DNA of 64,000 nucleotides from Giardia intestinalis (Eukaryota): NCBI GenBank assembly GCA_000002435.2, contig CM018792.1; one strand, 5' to 3'. Shown piece by piece: positions 42,580 to 49,948 of this stretch (position 1 is its first letter; each line of letters starts with the position of its first letter). The notes under the pieces were generated by a model. It saw only the letters and a program-made list of their open reading frames with translations, ran no database searches and was not told where the DNA came from. The position numbers and the translations under genes were made by a program.

Positions 42580-45500
42580 CTACGCCTTCCCGCGGCAGAG
42601 GAACCACCAGCAAAGGAATCCGACAAGACCACCTACAATAACAATCACAGCAACAGAGATACCGGCTATGGCCCCCGTGCTGAGGCCGCTCTTGTTGACG
42701 CTTCCACCAGTGCCTACTTCTGATTCTAAGCATATGACTGAACTGCCAGATGACGACACACATTGCTTGCATCCAGAGATCTTCTCTGAGCACTTCTTGC
42801 ATAACCCAGCAGTGGTATCGTCACCGTTTTCCTTGTAATACCCAGTGGCACAGGTCTTGCACTTGTCAGCCGCATCTGCAGTCGAGCACGTAGCACAAGT
42901 AGAATGACATTCTGCACAGTTGCCATCACTTGCTGCTAAGCCATTGGCACATGTCTGACACTTACCATTGCCTCCCTGTGCATTACTACACACCTGCTTA
43001 CCAGGCTGTCTATCTGTCTGATAGCAGCCGCCGTCCTTGAGGAAGTAACCCTCATTGCATTTTGTACAGGCCCCACTTGTGATTGTTGCACAGAAGGCTA
43101 CTCGTGAACTGGCCGCACAGTTGCCGTTCAAGGGGGCTTGTTGAGTGTTCTTGCACTTTGAGCAATATGCAGTTCCTCCTATCTGAGCCCCACACTCTGC
43201 GCATCCATCGTTTGTAGAACTCACGCTGCACTGGTCCATGCACGTGCCCCCATTGACAGGAGTATTAGTATCTGTATACTGAAGCATTTTCCCAACAGGA
43301 CAGGCCGTGCACTGATTGTTGGCCGGTCCAACGCACTCAGCGCACTCAGGGTTGCATGCCTTACACTTCTTGTCAGTATCTCCGTAGTATCCGCTGATGG
43401 CTGTGCAGTCAGGTACGCATTGGTTTGTAGGGGTGAGGTAGTCGCCATCATTACATTTAGTGCAGATTTCGTTGTCTGTTTTGGGGTTGTCACAGGTCTT
43501 ACAGTTGGGAGTATTGCACGGCGCTTCTGGGTCCTTGGTGCACTGCTTCGTGTCAGTGTTGATGGTGTAGCCCGGACGGCACGTCTTGCACTGCTGGGCG
43601 TTGCCCTCCACGCAGGTCTCACAGCCCTCGACGTTGCACGGCGCTTCTGGGTCCTTGGTGCACTGCTTCGTGTCAGTGTTGATGGTGTAGCCCGGACGGC
43701 ACGTCTTGCACTGCTGGGCGTTGCCCTCCACGCAGGTCTCACAGCCCTCGACGTTGCACGGCGCTTCTGGGTCCTTGGTGCACTGCTTCGTGTCAGTGTT
43801 GATGGTGTAGCCCGGACGGCACGTCTTGCACTGCTGGGCGTTGCCCTCCACGCAGGTCTCACAGCCCTCGACGTTGCACGGCGCTTCTGGGTCCTTGGTG
43901 CACTGCTTCGTGTCAGTGTTGATGGTGTAGCCCGGACGGCACGTCTTGCACTGCTGGGCGTTGCCCTCCACGCAGGTCTCACAGCCCTCGACGTTGCACG
44001 GCGCTTCTGGGTCCTTGGTGCACTGCTTCGTGTCAGTGTTGATGGTGTAGCCCGGACGGCACGTCTTGCACTGCTGGGCGTTGCCCTCCACGCAGGTCTC
44101 ACAGCCCTCGACGTTGCACGGCGCTTCTGGGTCCTTGGTGCACTGCTTCGTGTCAGTGTTGATGGTGTAGCCCGGACGGCACGTCTTGCACTGCTGGGCG
44201 TTGCCCTCCACGCAGGTCTCACAGCCCTCGACGTTGCACGGCGCTTCTGGGTCCTTGGTGCACTGCTTCGTGTCAGTGTTGATGGTGTAGCCCGGACGGC
44301 ACGTCTTGCACTGCTGGGCGTTGCCCTCCACGCAGGTCTCACAGCCCTCGACGTTGCACGGCGCTTCTGGGTCCTTGGTGCACTGCTTCGTGTCAGTGTT
44401 GATGGTGTAGCCCGGACGGCACGTCTTGCACTGCTGGGCGTTGCCCTCCACGCAGGTCTCACAGCCCTCGACGTTGCACGGCGCTTCTGGGTCCTTGGTG
44501 CACTGCTTCGTGTCAGTGTTGATGGTGTAGCCCGGACGGCACGTCTTGCACTGCTGGGCGTTGCCCTCCACGCAGGTCTCACAGCCCTCGACGTTGCACG
44601 GCGCTTCTGGGTCCTTGGTGCACTGCTTCGTGTCAGTGTTGATGGTGTAGCCCGGACGGCACGTCTTGCACTGCTGGGCGTTGCCCTCCACGCAGGTCTC
44701 ACAGCCCTCGACGTTGCACGGCGCTTCTGGGTCCTTGGTGCACTGCTTCGTGTCAGTGTTGATGGTGTAGCCCGGACGGCACGTCTTGCACTGCTGGGCG
44801 TTGCCCTCCACGCAGGTCTCACAGCCCTCGACGTTGCACGGCGCTTCTGGGTCCTTGGTGCACTGCTTCGTGTCAGTGTTGATGGTGTAGCCCGGACGGC
44901 ACGTCTTGCACTGCTGGGCGTTGCCCTCCACGCAGGTCTCACAGCCCTCGACGTTGCACGGCGCTTCTGGGTCCTTGGTGCACTGCTTCGTGTCAGTGTT
45001 GATGGTGTAGCCCGGACGGCACGTCTTGCACTGCTGGGCGTTGCCCTCCACGCAGGTCTCACAGCCCTCGACGTTGCACGGCGCTTCTGGGTCCTTGGTG
45101 CACTGCTTCGTGTCAGTGTTGATGGTGTAGCCCGGACGGCACGTCTTGCACTGCTGGGCGTTGCCCTCCACGCAGGTCTCACAGCCCTCGACGTTGCACG
45201 GCGCTTCTGGGTCCTTGGTGCACTGCTTCGTGTCAGTGTTGATGGTGTAGCCCGGACGGCACGTCTTGCACTGCTGGGCGTTGCCCTCCACGCAGGTCTC
45301 ACAGCCCTCGACGTTGCACGGCGCTTCTGGGTCCTTGGTGCACTGCTTCGTGTCAGTGTTGATGGTGTAGCCCGGACGGCACGTCTTGCACTGCTGGGCG
45401 TTGCCCTCCACGCAGGTCTCACAGCCCTCGACGTTGCACGGCGCTTCTGGGTCCTTGGTGCACTGCTTCGTGTCAGTGTTGATGGTGTAGCCCGGACGGC

Positions 45501-46044
45501 ACGTCTTGCACTGCTGGGCGTTGCCCTCCACGCAGGTCTCACAGCCCTCGACGTTGCACGGCGCTTCTGGGTCCTTGGTGCACTGCTTCGTGTCAGTGTT
45601 GATGGTGTAGCCCGGACGGCACGTCTTGCACTGCTGGGCGTTGCCCTCCACGCAGGTCTCACAGCCCTCGACGTTGCACGGCGCTTCTGGGTCCTTGGTG
45701 CACTGCTTCGTGTCAGTGTTGATGGTGTAGCCCGGACGGCACGTCTTGCACTGCTGGGCGTTGCCCTCCACGCAGGTCTCACAGCCCTCGACGTTGCACG
45801 GCGCTTCTGGGTCCTTGGTGCACTGCTTCGTGTCAGTGTTGATGGTGTAGCCCGGACGGCACGTCTTGCACTGCTGGGCGTTGCCCTCCACGCAGGTCTC
45901 ACAGCCCTCGACGTTGCACGGCGCTTCTGGGTCCTTGGTGCACTGCTTCGTGTCAGTGTTGAGGGTGTAGCCCGGGAAGCATGTGTCCTTCCCGCTGTCC
46001 TTTGCCAGCACGGTTGCACAAACTAGGAGAAATCCTACCAACAT
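42580..46044 (-). CDS. Variant-specific surface protein (VSP) with 20 tandem 40-aa CxxC repeats (CRP136-like architecture)
   Basis: ~1154 aa from the signal-peptide Met MLVGFLLVCATVLA (46044). The track ORF extends further 5' through non-SP sequence. 20 identical copies of KDPEAPCNVEGCETCVEGNAQQCKTCRPGYTINTDTKQCT are followed by a 312-aa C-terminal region identical to the left VSP. That region includes GGCY, the TM helix, CRGKA and the ACTTAGGTAGTAAAC signal. Confidence 0.85.
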   Translation of the reverse strand: MLVGFLLVCATVLAKDSGKDTCFPGYTLNTDTKQCTKDPEAPCNVEGCETCVEGNAQQCKTCRPGYTINTDTKQCTKDPEAPCNVEGCETCVEGNAQQCKTCRPGYTINTDTKQCTKDPEAPCNVEGCETCVEGNAQQCKTCRPGYTINTDTKQCTKDPEAPCNVEGCETCVEGNAQQCKTCRPGYTINTDTKQCTKDPEAPCNVEGCETCVEGNAQQCKTCRPGYTINTDTKQCTKDPEAPCNVEGCETCVEGNAQQCKTCRPGYTINTDTKQCTKDPEAPCNVEGCETCVEGNAQQCKTCRPGYTINTDTKQCTKDPEAPCNVEGCETCVEGNAQQCKTCRPGYTINTDTKQCTKDPEAPCNVEGCETCVEGNAQQCKTCRPGYTINTDTKQCTKDPEAPCNVEGCETCVEGNAQQCKTCRPGYTINTDTKQCTKDPEAPCNVEGCETCVEGNAQQCKTCRPGYTINTDTKQCTKDPEAPCNVEGCETCVEGNAQQCKTCRPGYTINTDTKQCTKDPEAPCNVEGCETCVEGNAQQCKTCRPGYTINTDTKQCTKDPEAPCNVEGCETCVEGNAQQCKTCRPGYTINTDTKQCTKDPEAPCNVEGCETCVEGNAQQCKTCRPGYTINTDTKQCTKDPEAPCNVEGCETCVEGNAQQCKTCRPGYTINTDTKQCTKDPEAPCNVEGCETCVEGNAQQCKTCRPGYTINTDTKQCTKDPEAPCNVEGCETCVEGNAQQCKTCRPGYTINTDTKQCTKDPEAPCNVEGCETCVEGNAQQCKTCRPGYTINTDTKQCTKDPEAPCNVEGCETCVEGNAQQCKTCRPGYTINTDTKQCTKDPEAPCNTPNCKTCDNPKTDNEICTKCNDGDYLTPTNQCVPDCTAISGYYGDTDKKCKACNPECAECVGPANNQCTACPVGKMLQYTDTNTPVNGGTCMDQCSVSSTNDGCAECGAQIGGTAYCSKCKNTQQAPLNGNCAASSRVAFCATITSGACTKCNEGYFLKDGGCYQTDRQPGKQVCSNAQGGNGKCQTCANGLAASDGNCAECHSTCATCSTADAADKCKTCATGYYKENGDDTTAGLCKKCSEKISGCKQCVSSSGSSVICLESEVGTGGSVNKSGLSTGAIAGISVAVIVIVGGLVGFLCWWFLCRGKA
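43521..45985. repeat. Perfect tandem array, 120-bp unit x ~20.5 (coding, in VSP)
   Basis: The unit ggcgcttctgggtccttggtgcactgcttcgtgtcagtgttgatggtgtagcccggacggcacgtcttgcactgctgggcgttgccctccacgcaggtctcacagccctcgacgttgcacg repeats without a single mismatch across 20 copies. It generates spurious 932-aa and 868-aa ORFs in other frames. Confidence 0.95.
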
Positions 46045-47079
46045 TAGCCGGAGTTCGTGTGCTACTGCTTTTTCATCAGGCTGATGTGTTGCCGCGAGCA
46101 GTGAGAGGCAACCGCTCTTGCTCTCTTGATCAGTTGGACTGGAGGAGGACGAGATAGGAGCACACCCATCGGAGGCTAGTTGATAGTGCAGTTCCCCTTG
46201 ACTTCGATAGGAACAGGATCGGTGAGGGCCAGACTCAGATCGCACCTCTCTTGTGGAATGATTGTTCGGGGTGCACTCCTGTACATTGCTGTCGCTGTGC
46301 TCGTTGGCTTCCTCTGCAGGGGCAGGGCGTCCCGGTAGTAAATGCGTCACATTACATCTGCTCGCTCCATGGCCTCTGCGGCGCTATTCTATAAAGCTGC
46401 TGATTAGAGATCTCTAAGCGAATGCTCTCACTGGTCACAAGGGAGCAGAAGATAGACCCCAATAACTTTCGCTTCTCATCTGACCACCACGAGCCTGTTG
46501 CTTTCCATCCACGCCTCTCTTCCCCCGGACCGGCCTCGTGCTCCTTCGTCCAGCGCACCATATTGGAGTACACAGCCTCCTGTGCTGCCTGGCCGCAGGG
46601 TCCGCTGACGTGTGGGCCTACTCGCCCCAGACCCCATTGCAGAGCCAAAGGCTTCAGCGGAGAGACGTGCTCAGGTGCACCGCCAGACAGTGTCTCGGCG
46701 CCCCGTGACCACCTGGATCCATCCCCGGAGGTAACAGATGCAGCTCCGCCCTATGAGGGGGAGAGCGCCGGCGGCTGACTCCGCGACTGCAGTGCTCCAC
46801 ATAGGGACAGCCGGGCCATCCTCTGGCTCTCTGGACGGCAAGCGTGTGCCGAGCAGGAGGCGTCGGTGGACCGTGGCCCTCCACAGACTGGGTAGGTGGC
46901 CAGTGCCGGGGCTCGTCAACCATGGTGAGCTAGCTGATCGGGTGTCTCCCTACCGCATGGCTGGGACGTACAGAATAGCTCTGGACAGAACGCCAGACGC
47001 GAAGGAGCCGTCTCGCACAGGGCAGCCCCACGCTGCGGCCTATTTTCATTTAACCCCGCCTCGCTTGCCCGCGCCCCGG

Positions 47080-48225
47080 ATGGCTCTTTCGTTCCAGTTC
47101 ACCCTGTCGCAGACCCCCGAGGCCCTCACGGCCTGCGTGCGGGTCCCGGCGGGCGTGCCGCCGCGGTCGCTCGAGGTGACGGTCACCGACCTGTGCATCA
47201 CGATCTCTGCGCCGGAGCGCTACGTCTCCAACATAGACCTCTACGACGCCGTCCAGCTGGAGAACGCGCGCTGCAAGTTCAGCGACGGATGCCTCGTGGT
47301 CCACCTCCTGAAGAAGACCCCGGGCACGTGGGCTGCGCTGGAGTTCGACGGGAGCCCCGAGGAGGCCGCGAGGCGCCGCGAGGAGTCCTATGCGCGGTAT
47401 GATGCATACGTCCGGGAGCAGGCCAGGAGGGAGGCAGAGGCCGCGGCGGCCGAGAAGCGCAGGCAGGTCGACGCGGACATCGAGGCCCGCCAGCGGCAGG
47501 CCGGCGAGGAGCGGAGGATGCGCGAGCAGCAGGTCTCGGCTCTGCGGCGGCAGGTGGAGGAGGCCCCGGACGAGGCGCCGAGGCCCCCCGCCGACCCCGA
47601 GGCCCGGATGCCTGCGGTGCGCACAGAGAGCACGGTGGTCATCGAGGCGTCCTTCACGAGGCGCACGGTCGCCGTCCCCGCGCGCGACGGGCGGGACATC
47701 TACGCAGACGGGCAGCTGGGGCCGGTCGCAGGGGCTGCCCAGCATCCGCCCCCCGGCGAGGCCGACGTGAAGGCCGGCGAGCACCGGCGCCGCCTCACCC
47801 CGTACGAGCTCCTCGACCAGGCGAAGAGGCTCGCCACGCGGGGCGTCGGGGCAGACCTCCCGGCCGCCATGGAGCTCGCGGGCCAGGCGAGGGAGCAGCT
47901 TCCCCTGAGCATGGACGCCGTCGTCCTCTACGCCTCCCTCTCCCTGCGCGAGGGGCGCTACGAGCAGGCCCTCGAGGCGACGGACGCAGGCCTCACGGTT
48001 CTGGGCGGAAGGCACCCGCTGCAGCAGAGCAGGGAGCCCCCGGTCTACAGCAGGGAGCTCCGGAGCGCCGTCCACGCGCTGAGGGGGGCAGCCCTGGCGC
48101 AGGCGAAGCGGGTGCGCGAGGCCCTGGCCCACACCGAGGCTGCGCTCGAGCTCACCCCCGACAACGAGGGGCTCGCCCGCGACGCCCACCTGCTCCGGGA
48201 GATCGTCGCCCAGGTGCTCGCGTAG
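47080..48225 (+). CDS. CS-domain + TPR protein, DNAAF4/DYX1C1-like (axonemal dynein assembly factor candidate)
   Basis: Start is placed at MALSFQF, with the AT-rich tattttcatttaacc upstream. The track ORF from 46738 is a GC-rich extension. An N-terminal p23/CS-like beta-sandwich (SFQFTLSQTPEALTACVRVPAG...LEVTVTDLCITISAP...CKFSDGCLVVHLLKK) precedes a charged E/R-rich coiled region. The C-terminus is TPR-like (ALELTPDNEGLARDAHLLREIV). This domain order matches DNAAF4 rather than SGT1 or NudC. Confidence 0.5.
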   Translation: MALSFQFTLSQTPEALTACVRVPAGVPPRSLEVTVTDLCITISAPERYVSNIDLYDAVQLENARCKFSDGCLVVHLLKKTPGTWAALEFDGSPEEAARRREESYARYDAYVREQARREAEAAAAEKRRQVDADIEARQRQAGEERRMREQQVSALRRQVEEAPDEAPRPPADPEARMPAVRTESTVVIEASFTRRTVAVPARDGRDIYADGQLGPVAGAAQHPPPGEADVKAGEHRRRLTPYELLDQAKRLATRGVGADLPAAMELAGQAREQLPLSMDAVVLYASLSLREGRYEQALEATDAGLTVLGGRHPLQQSREPPVYSRELRSAVHALRGAALAQAKRVREALAHTEAALELTPDNEGLARDAHLLREIVAQVLA

Positions 48226-48265
48226 CCGCCCGTCTGTAAACTAGCCGGCCTTAAAAATCGCGGCC

Positions 48266-49525
48266 ATGGACGGCGCCCCGCACCTGGTCTTCCACGCGCC
48301 CGTTGGAGAGGCAGACGCGACGACGGCCCTCACCAAGCAGCTGGCAAACGCGTTCCCGGGCCGGCTCTCTGTCGACGTGACCTCCTCCCTCTCGAGGCCG
48401 CTTCCCGAGCGCGCCCTGCTTGTCGTCTCTGCGGGGCTGGAGACCCTCAGCCAGGCAGACGTCCAGGCGATCAAGGGCCACAGGCGCTCCGGCGGCCCCG
48501 TGCTCGTCATGGTCGCCGACGCGGCCCGGACCCGCTTTTCCGAGCACGCCGAGAAGATGCTCAACGAGCTGGGGATCTCGGGCATCAGGGCAGACCCCGT
48601 GATATCCTCCGTCCACACCCCCGGCCTGTACCACCCGACGCACCTGCTCCTCACCGCCTCGTCCTTCGTCTGCTCCTCGCTGCTCACCAAGCTGGAGAAG
48701 GCGCGCCCCGCGGCGGAGGCCCGCGACGTCTCCGTCGTCTACCCCTGCGGGACGTCGTTCGCAGTCAACCCGAGCCTGGCGGCCGTCGTGCTCTCGTCGG
48801 GCGACAGCGCGTTCCCGCCGAACCAGCCCGTCGCGGCCGCCCTGCGCGAGGACGGCGCCGCGAGGCTCGGCCGGTGCGTGGTGCTCGGCACGTCGCGGAT
48901 GTTCGCCGACGGCTTCCTCGCGAGGTTCGACAACCGCGCCCTCTTCGAGCTGGTCCTCCAGTACCTCCTGCGCCACCCGGACGCGCCCGCCCTCGCCTCT
49001 GCCGCAAACGTGAACGAGTCCCTCCTGGGAGGGGCCGAGGAGTCCGTTTACATCCCAGACACGCAGACGGTCGCGCTGAACATGCGCGCCTGCCTGCACG
49101 CCCCCGACGCGCTTCCAGACGACTTCACAGACCTCCTGGACACCGTCCCGTCGGCGAACCCGAGCATCCTGCCGCAGGTCTCGGCCCTGTACGAGAAGAT
49201 GGGATTCAGCAGGTCGGAGCCCACGCTGAAGCTGGTGAACCCCAGCTTTGAGAAGCCCACGCCGCCCCTCATCCCGGCGGTCCACTTCCCCGTCCTCCCC
49301 GACCCGCCCGGGGCGCCCCTGCTGGAGCTGTTCGACCTGGACACAGAGCTGGCCAGCGAGCAGACGCGCCTGAACAAGCTCGCGTCCAAGTGCACAAACA
49401 GCGACGTCGAGTTCTTCCTCCGGCAGGCCGGGGACCTCCTGAACATAGGCGGCTCGCCGAAGGAGATCCTGTACCACGTGCTTGTCTCCACGGTCAACTT
49501 CAAGAAGGGCATGGCCGGCAAGTGA
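48266..49525 (+). CDS. IFT52: Intraflagellar transport protein 52 (IFT-B core)
   Basis: 419 aa. The GIFT domain block VYPCGTSFAVNPSLAAVVLSSGDSAFPPNQPVAAAL matches VYPFGATLSVMKPAVAVLSTGSVCFPLNRPILAFY. LLELFDLDTELASEQTRLNKLASKCTNSDVEFFLRQAGDLLNIG matches human LELFDLDETFSSEKARLAQITNKCTEEDLEFYVRKCGDILGV. Confidence 0.8.
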   Translation: MDGAPHLVFHAPVGEADATTALTKQLANAFPGRLSVDVTSSLSRPLPERALLVVSAGLETLSQADVQAIKGHRRSGGPVLVMVADAARTRFSEHAEKMLNELGISGIRADPVISSVHTPGLYHPTHLLLTASSFVCSSLLTKLEKARPAAEARDVSVVYPCGTSFAVNPSLAAVVLSSGDSAFPPNQPVAAALREDGAARLGRCVVLGTSRMFADGFLARFDNRALFELVLQYLLRHPDAPALASAANVNESLLGGAEESVYIPDTQTVALNMRACLHAPDALPDDFTDLLDTVPSANPSILPQVSALYEKMGFSRSEPTLKLVNPSFEKPTPPLIPAVHFPVLPDPPGAPLLELFDLDTELASEQTRLNKLASKCTNSDVEFFLRQAGDLLNIGGSPKEILYHVLVSTVNFKKGMAGK

Positions 49526-49540
49526 ATGGTGCCCGCGGGC

Positions 49541-49915
49541 TCAGTAGTAGTAGACGGCATACAGGTTGGCGATGCAGATGATGTCGTCGTTCTGGTACAC
49601 GTGGCGGAGCTCCGCGTCGGCGTCGGCGTCGAAGTAGCACTTGTTCTCGCTCCGGATGCCCTGGCCCTTCTGGCCGATGATGGTCACGGAGACGCAGATC
49701 TTGAACCTGCTGTCCGAGATGAGCCGCACCTTGGCCCGGATCTCGTCTGCGAGCTCCTTGGACACCTTGGCGCAGTCCTCGGAGTCGTACTGCCGCCCGC
49801 GCAGCCGCCTCTCCACGATCTGCTTCATCTCCTCGTGGGCCTTCTGCCGGTCGAACCTTTTGGCCGGCGCCGAGGGACGCGCAAGCTCCGTGATCTCTGT
49901 TCGGATGGTATCCAT
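49541..49915 (-). CDS. Tctex-1 family dynein light chain
   Basis: 124 aa. The C-terminal KICVSVTIIGQKGQGIRSENKCYFDADADAELRHVYQNDDIICIANLYAVYY is a typical Tctex/DYNLT fold signature. Confidence 0.7.
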   Translation of the reverse strand: MDTIRTEITELARPSAPAKRFDRQKAHEEMKQIVERRLRGRQYDSEDCAKVSKELADEIRAKVRLISDSRFKICVSVTIIGQKGQGIRSENKCYFDADADAELRHVYQNDDIICIANLYAVYYY

Positions 49916-49948
49916 TTTTTGATTATAAATTATGTCAGGATTGAGTAG

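Larger units (their letters stand above)
35733..43525. repeat. Right arm of large inverted duplication (~7.8 kb)
   Basis: Reverse-complement copy of 20411-28195 (see left arm). The outer breakpoint lies inside the VSP ORF where the 120-bp tandem array begins. Confidence 0.9.

Noticed and set aside
43521-45985. Possible CRISPR array or other prokaryotic repeat system
   Set aside because: The units are contiguous with no spacers, 120 bp long and in-frame coding for CxxC protein repeats. The whole window is eukaryotic (Giardia VSP tails, tRNA without CCA, IFT and dynein genes). CRISPR does not apply.
43221-46026. 932-aa minus-strand and 868-aa plus-strand ORFs spanning the tandem array
   Set aside because: They are alternative-frame or antisense readings of the perfect 120-bp repeat. 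A repeat without stops stays open in several frames. They translate to low-complexity RATPS... and LALLGVALHAG... repeats. The real gene is the CxxC-frame VSP (42580-46044).
47050-49477. 379-aa and 408-aa minus-strand ORFs antisense to the DNAAF4-like and IFT52 genes
   Set aside because: They are artefacts of ~68% GC, where stop codons are rare. The plus-strand products have clear homologues (IFT52) and sensible domain structure. The antisense translations are Arg/Gly/Pro-rich nonsense.
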